Positions 18,474 to 28,200 of a stretch of DNA of 64,000 nucleotides are shown piece by piece. The position numbers and the translations under genes were made by a program. Location of the stretch: positions 1 to 64,000 of the forward strand of contig JBBIUY010000008.1 in the NCBI GenBank assembly GCA_037440005.1. The letters are read 5' to 3'. Each line of letters begins with the position of its first letter. Within the stretch, counting starts at the first letter, position 1. The notes under the pieces were generated by a model. The model had not been told where the DNA came from, ran no database searches, and saw only the letters and a program-made list of their open reading frames with translations. This DNA comes from Armatimonadota bacterium. Its GTDB lineage: Bacteria; Sysuimicrobiota; Sysuimicrobiia; Sysuimicrobiales; Kaftiobacteriaceae.

Positions 18474-19424
18474 ATGCACCCCGACATCCACCGCATCCAG
18501 GCCATGCTCGACGCCCAGGGCTACGTGGCCGACGAGGCCCTGGCCACCTCGGTGTACCTGGCCATCCGGCTGCGCAAGCCGCTGCTCATCGAGGGCGCGG
18601 CCGGGGTGGGCAAGACCGAGGTGGCCAAGGTCATGGCCCGCGCCCTGGACACCGACCTGATCCGGCTGCAGTGCTACGAGGGGCTGGACGCCACCACGTC
18701 CCTGTACGAGTGGAACTACCAGCGCCAGCTCCTGCACATCCGCCTGCAGGAGCACAGCGATCTGCCCCTGGACGTGCGGGAGCGGGAGATCTTCAGCGAG
18801 CCGTTTCTGCTCAAGCGGCCGCTGCTGGCGGCCATCACCCACCACCGCCCGCCGGTGCTGCTCATCGACGAGGTGGATCGCGCCGACGAGGAGTGGGAGG
18901 CGTTCCTGCTGGAGGTGCTGTCCGACTGGCAGGTCACCATCCCCGAGATCGGCACCATCACCGCCCGGCACGTCCCCTACGTGGTCCTCACCAGCAACCG
19001 CACCCGGGAGCTGGGAGACGCCCTGCGCCGGCGGTGCCTGTACCTGTGGATCGACTATCCCACCTTCGAGAAGGAGCTGGCCATCGTGCGGCGCAAGGTG
19101 CCGGAGGTGAACGGCGTCCTGGCCGAGCAGATCGCGGCGTTCATGCAGATGGTCCGCCGGGCCCGCCTGGAGAAGACGCCGGGCCTGGCGGAGACCCTGG
19201 ACTGGAGCGCGGCGCTCATCGCCCTCCACCGCGACCACCTGGACCGGGAGGCCGTCGAGCAGACCCTGGGCGTGCTCTTCAAGCACCGGGACGACGCCGA
19301 GATGATCCGGGGGCAGTGGCTGGAGCACCTGCTGCGGGGGCTGGAGGAGATCCAGCGGGAACCCCGGCCCTGGACCCAGGACACGGTGGCCCGGGTGGCC
19401 GATCGGGTGCTGCCCCACCGATGA
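18474..19424 (+). CDS. coxD: MoxR-family AAA+ ATPase, CoxD-like
   Basis: Walker A GAAGVGKT, RLQCYEGLD, YEWNY, Walker B LLIDEVD, TSNRTRE, ALRRRC. Confidence 0.92.
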   Translation: MHPDIHRIQAMLDAQGYVADEALATSVYLAIRLRKPLLIEGAAGVGKTEVAKVMARALDTDLIRLQCYEGLDATTSLYEWNYQRQLLHIRLQEHSDLPLDVREREIFSEPFLLKRPLLAAITHHRPPVLLIDEVDRADEEWEAFLLEVLSDWQVTIPEIGTITARHVPYVVLTSNRTRELGDALRRRCLYLWIDYPTFEKELAIVRRKVPEVNGVLAEQIAAFMQMVRRARLEKTPGLAETLDWSAALIALHRDHLDREAVEQTLGVLFKHRDDAEMIRGQWLEHLLRGLEEIQREPRPWTQDTVARVADRVLPHR

Positions 19425-20563
19425 GGATCACAGGCGACCTCACCACTCACGTGGTCGGCTTCTGCCGGGCGCTGCGGGCCCGCGGGCTGACCGTGGGGCC
19501 GCAGGAGGCGGCCGACGCCCTGCGGGCCCTGGCCGCCGTGGACGTGGCCGACCGGCGGGATTGCTACCTGGCCCTGCGCACGGTCCTGACGTCCCGCCAC
19601 GAGGAGCTGGAGGTGTTCGACCAGGTCTTCGCCGAGTTCTGGAACCCTCCGGCGCCGGTCCCCGACGGCCCGCCGGGCGGCCAGACCGACGCGCCGACGC
19701 CCCGGGACGACGGCGAGCCCGCCGTCCCCCAGGTTCGTGAGTGGCTGGACGACGCCCTGGGCCCCGCCGACGGGGAGGAGGCCGCGGCCGCCTACAGTCC
19801 GGTGGACGTCCTCACCCACAAGGACTTCAGCGCCTTCAGCGCCGACGAGCTGGCCGAGGTCAGCCGCCTGGTGGTGGCCATCGCCCGCCGGGTGGCCACG
19901 CGCCTGTCCCGGCGCATGCGGGCCGCCCGCCGGGGCCACCTGGTGGACCTGCGCCGGACCATCCGCCACAGCCTGCGGCGGGGCGGAGAGGTGATCGACC
20001 TGGCGTACCGCCGTCGGCGGATCCGCAAGACCCGGGTGGTGGTCCTGGCGGACGTGAGCGGGTCGATGGACCTGTACAGCCGGTTTCTGGTGCAGTTCAT
20101 CTTCGCCCTGCAGCACACCCTGGGCCAGGTGGAGACCATGGTGTTCAGCACCCGCCTCACCCGGGTGACCGACGCCCTGTCCGAGGCGGACCTGCACACC
20201 GCCCTGGACCAGGTGGCCCGCCAGGTGCCCGACTGGTCGGGCGGGACCAAGATCGGTCACAGCCTGCGCCAGTTCCTGGACCGCTACGGGGCCGGCCTGC
20301 TGGGCGCGCGGACGGTGGTCATCATCATCAGCGACGGGTGGGACACCGGGGACATCGACGTCCTGGACGCGGCCATGCGGGAACTACGGGCGCGGGCGGG
20401 GAGGGTCATCTGGCTGAACCCGCTGCTGGGCAGCCCGGGCTACGAGCCCATCTGCCAGGGCATGCGGACGGCGCTGCCCTACGTGGACGTCTTCGCGTCC
20501 GCCCACAACCTGGACAGCCTGCGCCGGCTGGAGCGGCACCTGGCCCTGCACGGCCGCCGGTAG
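19421..20563 (+). CDS. coxE: VWA-domain CoxE-like protein
   Basis: DLRRTIR, DVSGSM, FSTRLT, WSGGTKIG, SDGWD, WLNPL. Confidence 0.92.
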   Translation: MRITGDLTTHVVGFCRALRARGLTVGPQEAADALRALAAVDVADRRDCYLALRTVLTSRHEELEVFDQVFAEFWNPPAPVPDGPPGGQTDAPTPRDDGEPAVPQVREWLDDALGPADGEEAAAAYSPVDVLTHKDFSAFSADELAEVSRLVVAIARRVATRLSRRMRAARRGHLVDLRRTIRHSLRRGGEVIDLAYRRRRIRKTRVVVLADVSGSMDLYSRFLVQFIFALQHTLGQVETMVFSTRLTRVTDALSEADLHTALDQVARQVPDWSGGTKIGHSLRQFLDRYGAGLLGARTVVIIISDGWDTGDIDVLDAAMRELRARAGRVIWLNPLLGSPGYEPICQGMRTALPYVDVFASAHNLDSLRRLERHLALHGRR

Positions 20564-20595
20564 GCGGCCGGCGGCGCGGGCGGGGAGCGGAGGCC

Positions 20596-21738
20596 ATGAA
20601 GGAGCTGGTGGAGATCCTGGACGCCATGGAGGGCTTCGCCCGGGCCGGGGAGCCCATGGCCCTGGCCACCATCGTGGGCGTGCGCGGCTCCACCTACCGG
20701 CGGGAGGGGGCGCGGCTGCTGCTGACCCGCAGCCAGCAGATGGTCGGCAACATCAGCGGCGGCTGCCTGGAGAGCGACGTGATGGTGGTGGCCGACGAGG
20801 TGATGCGCACGGGCCGGCCGCGGGTGGTGACCTACGACCTCACCGCCGACGACGACGTGGTGTGGGGGCTGGGGCTGGGGTGCAACGGCGCCGTGGACAT
20901 CTTCATCGAGCCCGTGGACCCCGCCCAGGAGGTCTTCGCCCTGTACCGCCGCGCCGTCGCCGAGGAGAGGTCTCTGGTCGTGGTCACGGCCCTGGGCGGG
21001 GCCGTTGCCCCGGGAGCGCGGCTGGCGGTCTGGCCGGACGGCGTCCGGGTGGGTACTTTGGGCGATCCGGACCTGGACCAGCGGGCGGTCCGGACGGCCG
21101 AGGCCGCCCTGCAGGAGGGCGCCTCCCGGGTGCACACCCTCGCGGCCCGCGGGGGCGAGGCGTCCTGCTTCGTGGAGGTGGTGCGTCCGCCGATCCGGCT
21201 GGTGGTGTGCGGCGCGGGCCACGACGCGGTGCCGGTGGTGCAGATGGCCTCCGCCCTGGGGTGGCGGGTGGTGGTGGTGGACTCCCGGGAGCGGTTTCTC
21301 ACGCCCCAGAGGTTTCCCGGCGCCCGGCAGTTCGTGCGGGCCGAGCCGGCCGAGGCGGCCCGCCGGGTGCCCGTGGACCGGCGCACCTACGTGGTGGTCA
21401 TGACCCACAACTACCTGCACGACCGCGACCTGCTGCGCGGGTTTCTGGCCACCGAGGTTCCCTACATCGGGATGCTGGGCCCCCGCATCCGCACCGAGAA
21501 GATCCTGGCCGACCTGCGCCGGGACGGCGTGCGCGTCACCGACGACGATCTGGCGCGGGTCTACGGCCCGGTGGGTCTGGACCTGGGAGGGGAGACCCCC
21601 GAGGAGATCGCCCTGGCGGTGGTGGGCGAGATCCAGGCGGTCCAGGCGGGCCGGCGCGCCGGGTTCCTGAGGGACCGGCCCGGCCCCATCCACCAGCCCC
21701 TCGACCGCCGGACCCAGGTGCCGGGCGGACCGGCCTGA
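20596..21738 (+). CDS. xdhC: XdhC/CoxF family Mo-cofactor insertion chaperone
   Basis: GSTYRREGA, SGGCLE, GLGCNG, GAGHDA, MTHN, YIGMLGP, PVGLDLGGETPEEIA. Confidence 0.92.
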   Translation: MKELVEILDAMEGFARAGEPMALATIVGVRGSTYRREGARLLLTRSQQMVGNISGGCLESDVMVVADEVMRTGRPRVVTYDLTADDDVVWGLGLGCNGAVDIFIEPVDPAQEVFALYRRAVAEERSLVVVTALGGAVAPGARLAVWPDGVRVGTLGDPDLDQRAVRTAEAALQEGASRVHTLAARGGEASCFVEVVRPPIRLVVCGAGHDAVPVVQMASALGWRVVVVDSRERFLTPQRFPGARQFVRAEPAEAARRVPVDRRTYVVVMTHNYLHDRDLLRGFLATEVPYIGMLGPRIRTEKILADLRRDGVRVTDDDLARVYGPVGLDLGGETPEEIALAVVGEIQAVQAGRRAGFLRDRPGPIHQPLDRRTQVPGGPA

Positions 21739-21775
21739 TTCCCGCGAGGGCCCGCCCTCAGGAGCGCATCAGTCC

Positions 21776-22366
21776 GTGAGCGAGGACCGTGCCGCCGTCG
21801 CCGCGGTGGTCCTGGCGGCCGGGGCCAGCCGCCGCATGGGACGGCCCAAGCTGGCGCTGACCCACCAGGGACGTCCTCTGCTGCGCCGCGTGGTGGAGGC
21901 GGCGGTCGAGGGCGGCTGCGACCCGGTGATGGTGGTGCTGGGCGCCGACGCCGACAGATACCGGCCGGTGCTGGAGGGCACGCCGGCCCGGGTCGTCTAC
22001 AATCCGGAGCACGAGCACGGCATGAGCACGTCCATCCGCGCCGGCATCGAGGCCCTGCCCGAGGACGCCCGCGCGGCCGTGATCCTGCTGGCCGACCAGC
22101 CGTTCATCGACGCGGAGGTCATCCGCCGGATGCTCCAGACCTACCGCATCACCGGGAGCAGGATCGTCGCCTGCCGGTACGGAGACGTGGTCGGCGTCCC
22201 CGCCCTGTTCGACCGGGCCCTGTTTTTGGAGCTGCTGGTGCTGGACGGAGACCAGGGAGCGCGCCAGGTGCTGCAGGCCTACCCCCGGCACGTCGCCACC
22301 GTCGAGATCCCCCCCGAAGCCGCCCGCGACATCGACACGCCCGACGACGCCGCGTTGCTGCGCTGA
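21776..22366 (+). CDS. mocA: Molybdenum cofactor cytidylyltransferase (MocA-like)
   Basis: LAAGASRRMGRPK, GMSTSI, LADQP, PALF, GDQGAR, DIDTPDD. Confidence 0.88.
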   Translation: MSEDRAAVAAVVLAAGASRRMGRPKLALTHQGRPLLRRVVEAAVEGGCDPVMVVLGADADRYRPVLEGTPARVVYNPEHEHGMSTSIRAGIEALPEDARAAVILLADQPFIDAEVIRRMLQTYRITGSRIVACRYGDVVGVPALFDRALFLELLVLDGDQGARQVLQAYPRHVATVEIPPEAARDIDTPDDAALLR

Positions 22367-22376
22367 CCCACTTGTC

Positions 22377-22423
22377 CGGGGTCTGTCCCCGGGGGGGGAC
22401 AGACCCCGCTGGGGACAGACCCC
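22377..22423. repeat. REP-like palindromic element between convergent genes
   Basis: CGGGGTCTGTCCCC-GGGG-GGGGACAGACCCCG is a perfect 14-bp inverted repeat; a third GGGGACAGACCCC copy lies at 22411-22423. Confidence 0.75.
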
Positions 22424-22455
22424 CGGCGTCGCACGAGCGGGTGAAGAGGCGGACC

Positions 22456-24339
22456 TCAGGGAGCAGGGGGCGGCACCACGACCAGGGCCGCCGGCACCGG
22501 GCGCTCGCCGGTCTCGTCGGAGGGGAGGTTCAGCAACCGGCCCCCGACCACCAGGGTGGTCGAGCCGCCGCCGTCCAGGTTGATCCCGTCCACCGCCCCC
22601 AGCCGGTACAGTTCCAGGGCCAGTTCCGGCAGCGTCATGCCCAGGCTGTGGGTGGGCTGCCGGCCGTCCACGGCCACCAGCACGATCCGCCCGTCGGACA
22701 GCACCCCCAGCGCCGTGCGGGGGTGCCGGCGGAACACCAGCGAGGCCGGGAGGCCCTCATCGGCCACCAGCTGGCCGCCCCCCAGCAGGCGCGGGCCGCC
22801 GCCCACGGCGTGACTCACCTGCGCCCAGCGGGGATCCCCGGAGGCGGGCACCAGGCGGATCTCCACCGACACCGGCGTGCCGACCGTCAGGTGCTCCAGG
22901 ATCCACCGGCGCGCCCTCCCGTGGCCCGAGATCACCACGCCGTCGGGAGGGATCGGCGTGTTTCCCCTCCCGTCGACCACCGCGGTGACCACGCCCGCGC
23001 GGACGGTCGCTTCCGCGCCGTACGGGTTGGTCCGGGTGGAGGCGTCGAAGGTCGGCCGGAACAGGATCAGTTCGTCGGCGCCGCGCTCGCGGTTGACCCC
23101 GTCCAGGACCGCCCGGGACCGGGGGGTGGCGACGGCGGCGTCCCACCGAACGCGGTCGATCAGGACGCCGCCGTCCTCGGTCAGCCCGGCGCAGCTGCGC
23201 TGGGGGTCCGGCTCGCTGAGCACCTCCCCGTCCAGGACCAGGCACCCCGCGGGGTCGCCGGTGGGGCTGAAGAAGTTGGCGTTCACCGCGGCCAGCGCCT
23301 GGGTGCGCCGGGCGATGTCGCTGGTCCGGGCCCGGCGCATCCGCCGGTCGTCGCCGAGGGCGGGCCGGATCCTGATACCCGTGCGGGGGTCCACCACCAC
23401 GGCCGCCACCCGGAACGGCCCGGGCAGGATGTCCGGGTCGGCGACCGTCTGCACGACCCAGGTGGGATACCCGTCCGAGGCCAGATCGTCCCGGGCCAGC
23501 GCCGCTTCGGCGGGCGTGGCGAAAGCTCCCACCCGGACCTTGTACAGCCCGTCCACGAACTCCACCATCACCGGCAGCCCTCTGGAGCCTACGGCCGCGG
23601 CCAGCCGCCGCGCGTTGTCCTCGCTGCGGAAGGCGCCCACCTGCACCCGCCAGACCGGCGGAACCCGCAGGACGCCGCGGCGCTCCACCCACACGTCCAC
23701 CCCTCCGGCCGCCAGGGTGTAGCGCAGCCGCAGCCCCCGCTCCACCGCCAGCAGGGCGCCGCCCACCAGGCTCGCGGCTTCCCCTCGGGTGAGGGCGGCG
23801 GATGGACGGAACTGCAGGGCGGGAGGTTCCCGCAGCAGCGGAGGATCGGTCCGCGCCGCGACGGCGATCGCCCCGCGCACGGACGCCGGCAGGTCGGCCA
23901 CGTCGTCGTAGTGGGGAGGATCGTCGGCCAGGGCGAGGGCCTCGAAGGAGTACCCCAGGGCGGACACCACCTGGGCCACCGCGTCCGCCCGCGTCTGGGG
24001 CGCGTCCGGGGCGAACACCGCCGTCCGGGAGATCAGTCCGTAGGCGGCGGCCGCCTCCACGTACGGCGCCAGTGGGTGGGTGGCTGGAACGTCCGGCAGC
24101 AGGGTCGAGGACGGGCGCAGCGGAATCCGCAGAGCCCGCACCAGCCACGCGGTGAACTCGGCGCGGGTGAGGGGCTCGTCGGGGCGGAACAGGCCGGCGG
24201 CGAGGTCGGCGACGCCGCGCTGCACCAGCAGCAGGATCCGATCCTCGGCCCAGTGGCCGGCCGCGTCGGCCGCCGCAGGTTGCGCCCGCGCGGCCAGGGG
24301 CAGCACGGCGACGATGAGGACGCACGCCGCGACACGCAT
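22456..24339 (-). CDS. Secreted SLH + SPOR + phosphodiester glycosidase (NAGPA-family) protein
   Basis: Signal peptide; SLH repeats (GHWA, FRPDEPLTRAEF, TRGEAA); SPOR (VQVGAFRSEDNA, YKVRVGAF); NAGPA (AAVNANFF, GGGPRL, HPRTALG, VDGR, NLDGGGST). Confidence 0.88.
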   Translation of the reverse strand: MRVAACVLIVAVLPLAARAQPAAADAAGHWAEDRILLLVQRGVADLAAGLFRPDEPLTRAEFTAWLVRALRIPLRPSSTLLPDVPATHPLAPYVEAAAAYGLISRTAVFAPDAPQTRADAVAQVVSALGYSFEALALADDPPHYDDVADLPASVRGAIAVAARTDPPLLREPPALQFRPSAALTRGEAASLVGGALLAVERGLRLRYTLAAGGVDVWVERRGVLRVPPVWRVQVGAFRSEDNARRLAAAVGSRGLPVMVEFVDGLYKVRVGAFATPAEAALARDDLASDGYPTWVVQTVADPDILPGPFRVAAVVVDPRTGIRIRPALGDDRRMRRARTSDIARRTQALAAVNANFFSPTGDPAGCLVLDGEVLSEPDPQRSCAGLTEDGGVLIDRVRWDAAVATPRSRAVLDGVNRERGADELILFRPTFDASTRTNPYGAEATVRAGVVTAVVDGRGNTPIPPDGVVISGHGRARRWILEHLTVGTPVSVEIRLVPASGDPRWAQVSHAVGGGPRLLGGGQLVADEGLPASLVFRRHPRTALGVLSDGRIVLVAVDGRQPTHSLGMTLPELALELYRLGAVDGINLDGGGSTTLVVGGRLLNLPSDETGERPVPAALVVVPPPAP

Positions 24340-24535
24340 CCGCCCGATCAGGTTCCCCCCTCCCCCGCGCTCTCCCTGCGAGGACCCGGGATACCGTTCG
24401 CCCCCAAATTTTGGGGACGGACGCAGAAGGAGAACCCAGATGTGGTGGCGAACTAATGTGCGCGACGGTCACAGGACCGTCCATTCTGCGCCGGCGCCTC
24501 CGGGCGACCCGGCGCCACGCGGGGGAGGGTGGTCC

Positions 24536-24568
24536 ATGGCCAAGAAGAAGGCCAAGAAGAAGAAGTAG
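24536..24568 (+). CDS. Putative 10-aa lysine-rich micropeptide MAKKKAKKKK
   Basis: GGAGG RBS upstream of ATG GCC AAG AAG AAG GCC AAG AAG AAG AAG TAG; codons are all GC3-type; two hairpins and a U-tract follow. Confidence 0.55.
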   Translation: MAKKKAKKKK

Positions 24569-24592
24569 GACCGACCCAACGGAGGTTGGGTG

Positions 24593-24630
24593 AAACAAGA
24601 GACGGCGCGGTGTGCCGCCTCTTGTTTTTT
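24593..24630 (+). terminator. Intrinsic terminator, possibly bidirectional
   Basis: AAACAAGAG-A-CGGCGC-GGT-GTGCCG-C-CTCTTGTTTTTT: stem followed by a T-run. Confidence 0.8.
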
Positions 24631-24690
24631 GCTTCCCGCCCGGGGAGTCCGCCGACTGCCAGTCTGTCGGGGCGCGTGGGGGCGGACCGC

Positions 24691-26055
24691 TCAGGCGGCG
24701 GAGGACTGCACCAGGGCCGAGGCGTCCACGCCCGCGTCGGCGGGATCCACGCCGCCGGCGATCCACCGGTCCGCATCCGCCGACAGGTCCACCACCTCGG
24801 CCGGGTGTCCGTCGCGCACCACCTGCACCACGGGGCGGTCCGCCTGCGCCTCCGCCGGCCGGACCACCACCGCCAGCTCTCCGGTGTTGAGCTGCACCAG
24901 GCTGCCCACCGGATACACGCCCATCATCCGCAGGAAGATCTTGCCCACCACCGGGTCGTAGACGCTGCCCAGCCCGACGGCGATCCACTTCATCGCCAGC
25001 TCGGGGCGCAACGGGCGCTGGGTGCCCCGGCGGGCCGACGTCACCGTGTCGTAGGTGTCGGCCACGGCCACGATGCGGGAGAACAGGTGCGGCCGCACCC
25101 CGCTGGCCGGCTCCGGGTAGCCGGAGCCGTCGGCGTGCAGATGGTGTTCCAGGGCGCACACCATGGCCAGCCGGCCCAGCCCGTCCAGGTCCCGCAGGAT
25201 GTTGGCCCCGTGCAGGGGGTGCCGGTCGAGGGCGGCCTGCTCGCCGGGCTCCAGGGGCCCGGCCCGGTTCAGCAGGTCGGCGGGCACCCGCACCTTCCCG
25301 ATGTCGTGGAGCAGCGCGCCCATCCCCAGGGCCATCAGCGCCTCGCGGCCGAGCTCCAGCCGGGTGCCGATCAACAGGGCCAGCAGCGCCACGTTGACGG
25401 CGTGGTACGCGCTGGACTCGTCGTGGCGGCGGTCGGCCAACAGAGCCAGCAGGGCCGACCGGTTCTCCAGGACCACCTCGATGGCCGCCGAGAGGAAGAT
25501 CCGCGCCCGGTGCATGTCCAGGGGCTGGCGGCGCACCGCCTGGGCCCGGAGCTCCTGGGCCACCAGGGCCCCCGCCTGATACGCGCTGGCCGGTTCCACC
25601 TCCACGGGCATGTCGGTGGGCGGCGCGTCCCGGGGGGGCTCCACCGTCAGGTGCTGCACGCCGGCCTCCGACAGCACCGCGGCCGGTCCGCCGCGGGCGC
25701 GCACCACGGCGGTGGGGGTGGTCAGCAGCCCGACGAAGGCGTGCACCTCCTGGGCGGTCACTCCCCGGCGGACCGCAAACAGCCCCACGCCCCGCTCCAG
25801 GCAGGCGGTGAGCAGGGCGGCGTTGCGCAGGCTTTCCTCCGGCAGCATCTGGTTGTCCAGGAAGAACGTGTCCTCGTAGATCTGGAACGTGATCGCCTCG
25901 CGGTCCCGCAGCAGCAGGTCCACCAGCTGCACCAGGTCGTCCATGGCCCGCCGGACGATGGGGTGCTCGGACGGATACATGGCCCGGTGTTTGCACGCGG
26001 TGGCCAGGTACCGCAGCAGGGTGGCCGTCACCGAGGGGCTCCGCAGGCGCGTCAC
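24691..26055 (-). CDS. HD-GYP domain phosphohydrolase (likely cyclic dinucleotide phosphodiesterase)
   Basis: YHAVNV, LLHDIGK, RHP..GA, EHH..ADGSGYP, RIVAVADTYD, YPVGSLVQLNTGE. Confidence 0.9.
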   Translation of the reverse strand: MTRLRSPSVTATLLRYLATACKHRAMYPSEHPIVRRAMDDLVQLVDLLLRDREAITFQIYEDTFFLDNQMLPEESLRNAALLTACLERGVGLFAVRRGVTAQEVHAFVGLLTTPTAVVRARGGPAAVLSEAGVQHLTVEPPRDAPPTDMPVEVEPASAYQAGALVAQELRAQAVRRQPLDMHRARIFLSAAIEVVLENRSALLALLADRRHDESSAYHAVNVALLALLIGTRLELGREALMALGMGALLHDIGKVRVPADLLNRAGPLEPGEQAALDRHPLHGANILRDLDGLGRLAMVCALEHHLHADGSGYPEPASGVRPHLFSRIVAVADTYDTVTSARRGTQRPLRPELAMKWIAVGLGSVYDPVVGKIFLRMMGVYPVGSLVQLNTGELAVVVRPAEAQADRPVVQVVRDGHPAEVVDLSADADRWIAGGVDPADAGVDASALVQSSAA

Positions 26056-26058
26056 GGG

Positions 26059-28104
26059 CTATCCACCCCGGCCGGCCGGTCCGGCCCGCCGCAACCGGTT
26101 CAGCGCGGCGCGGGCGGCGCGGGCGACCTCGCGGTCGCGGCGGCGCAGCCGGAACGGCGAGCTCAGCCGCCGCAGGACCGGAATCGCCTCCTGCACCCCG
26201 ACGGAGGCCAGCAGCTCGATGACCCGTATCCGCAGCTGCGGGCGGGGCGCCGTCTCCGGCCGGGTCAGCAGATCGGTCAGGGCGCCGGCGGCGCGCCGCA
26301 CCGTCTCCGGCCGCAGGTGGCGCACGCAGGCCTCCCGGACCTCCAGGTCCGGGTCCTGCAGAAACGCCAGCAGGGCCGCCTGGCCGTCGGCGCCGGGGAG
26401 AGGTCCCAGGGCGACCACCACGTCCCGGCGCAGCTGGGGGTCGGGGTGACGCGCCGCCGATCGCAGCGCCGCCACGGCCCGGGAGGTGCGGATGTGGACC
26501 AGCGGCGCGATGGCGGCGCGGGCGGCGGCGGCGGTGCGGTCGAGCAGGAGCGCTCCCAGCGCGTCCACGACGGCGTCTCCCATCCGGACCAGGACCGCTC
26601 CCAGCGCCTGGCGGCGGGCGGGATCGCGTTCAGAGGCGGCGGCGCGGACCAGATCGGCGCCCAGGCCCGGGCCCAGCTCGCGCAGCGCCTGCAGCACCGG
26701 GTGGTCGTCGGGCCAGGCCGTCAGGTCGCGGGCGCCGAGGCGGGACGCCATGGTGGCGACCATCCCGCGCAGTCCCGCGCGGGCGACCTCTCCCGGGCGG
26801 CCAGGAGCCCGCAGGACCGGCGCCAGGCGCCCGAGAACCGCGGCGACCACGTCGGTGGCACCGCGCTCCAGCAGGGCGTCCACGTCGGCGGCCAGGGCGG
26901 CCAGGGTCGCCTCCAGTTCCTGGGGGTCGTCCTCCCCCCGGGCCAGGCGCGCCAGGGCCAGCGCGTGCTCCCGCAGGACCGCGTCGTCGTCCACGGACGC
27001 CTCCTCCCGCAGGGCGGCGATCTCCTCGTCGGTGACCAGGAGGCTGTCGTCGGAGACCTGGTAGTCCGAGAGGTCCTGGGGGATGTCCCGGACCCACGGC
27101 GGCAGCCGCAGTTCCTCCGGGACCGGAGGCAGGTCGAAGGTGCGCCCGGTGTGCTGGCTGACCAGGGCCAGCGCGTCGCGGGCCTTGTCGGGGTCGAAGG
27201 GGAGGCCGCGGGCCACCTGGGCCACCTGGGGGGGAGGTTCGCCTTCCTCCAGGCACGGGATGACCATGCGGGCGATCTGCTCGCTGGTCATGGCCGCCAG
27301 CAGCGCCCGGGCCGACAGGTCCTGGGCCGCCCGCTCCAGGACGGCCCGGTGCACGTCGCGCGAATGCGGGTCGGACAGGTCCGTGACCGCCGACGCCAGG
27401 TGCTGGAGCAGCTGCTGGGAGTCGGCGGCCGGCGTGTCGGCGATCAGCCGGTCCACCGCGGCCAGCGCCGCGTACACCCGCGCGCCCAGGGCGTGGCCTG
27501 CGGCGGCGTCGGGGAACGCCTGCCGAGTCCGCTCCACCAGGACCGACAGCAGCCGGGCGGCGTGCTGGGGTCCCGCCCGCAGCACGCCCACCAGCGCCGC
27601 CCTCTCCGCCGCGGACAGGGAGCCGTCCAGCAGGCGGTGGTACGTCTCCAGGGAGATCTGGGCGGGGTCGTCGTCGCTCGGCCGCAGCTCCACCACCCGG
27701 GCGTGGTCGATGCGGTGGGCCACGAGCAATCCCGCGAGCCCTCCTTCCCGCAGGATGACCTCGGGGTCCATGGTCACCACGTCCAGCAGCCGGTGGGCCT
27801 CGTCCTCGGTCAGGCCCGGCAGCAGGACCAGCTGCCAGACGCCGGCCGAGTACAGCTGCAGGGCCAGGCTGTCGATGGACTCGCCTCCCTCGAACGGGCG
27901 TCCTTCCAGGATCAGGCCGTCCCGGTGGGTCTCCAGGACGAACCCTCCGTAGCGCTCGTGGAAGGAGGCCAGGGTGGCCACCAGCGCCTGCACGGTCTGG
28001 GCGCGCAGGGGGTGTCCCGCCGCGTACAGCCGGCGGGATTTCACGGCCGCGTTCAGCCGCCGCACCACCGCGGCCGCCGCCTGGGCCCGGCCCGAGACGC
28101 TCAT
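26059..28104 (-). CDS. HEAT-repeat protein
   Basis: C-terminal HEAT-like units (RHPDPQLRRDVVVALG, LQDPDLEVREAC); N-terminal LYxxGHP domain. Confidence 0.75.
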   Translation of the reverse strand: MSVSGRAQAAAAVVRRLNAAVKSRRLYAAGHPLRAQTVQALVATLASFHERYGGFVLETHRDGLILEGRPFEGGESIDSLALQLYSAGVWQLVLLPGLTEDEAHRLLDVVTMDPEVILREGGLAGLLVAHRIDHARVVELRPSDDDPAQISLETYHRLLDGSLSAAERAALVGVLRAGPQHAARLLSVLVERTRQAFPDAAAGHALGARVYAALAAVDRLIADTPAADSQQLLQHLASAVTDLSDPHSRDVHRAVLERAAQDLSARALLAAMTSEQIARMVIPCLEEGEPPPQVAQVARGLPFDPDKARDALALVSQHTGRTFDLPPVPEELRLPPWVRDIPQDLSDYQVSDDSLLVTDEEIAALREEASVDDDAVLREHALALARLARGEDDPQELEATLAALAADVDALLERGATDVVAAVLGRLAPVLRAPGRPGEVARAGLRGMVATMASRLGARDLTAWPDDHPVLQALRELGPGLGADLVRAAASERDPARRQALGAVLVRMGDAVVDALGALLLDRTAAAARAAIAPLVHIRTSRAVAALRSAARHPDPQLRRDVVVALGPLPGADGQAALLAFLQDPDLEVREACVRHLRPETVRRAAGALTDLLTRPETAPRPQLRIRVIELLASVGVQEAIPVLRRLSSPFRLRRRDREVARAARAALNRLRRAGPAGRGG

Positions 28105-28200
28105 GGTGGAGGGTCCCCCCTGTAAGGAATGCCCGGAATCCTCCACGGAAACTCCCGGGCGGAGCCCGGGCAGGGTTTCGGCGGCCGTCCCGCCGGGCCG

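Noticed and set aside
24529..28125. Very long ORFs on the opposite strand or in shifted frames (e.g. 24529-28125 +, 22757-25996 -, 43088-46444 -, 60428-63709 -, upstream part of 10222-15705 -)
   Set aside because: They shadow well-supported genes, give low-complexity Arg/Gly/Pro-rich or antisense-type translations, and are expected when stop codons are scarce at high GC.
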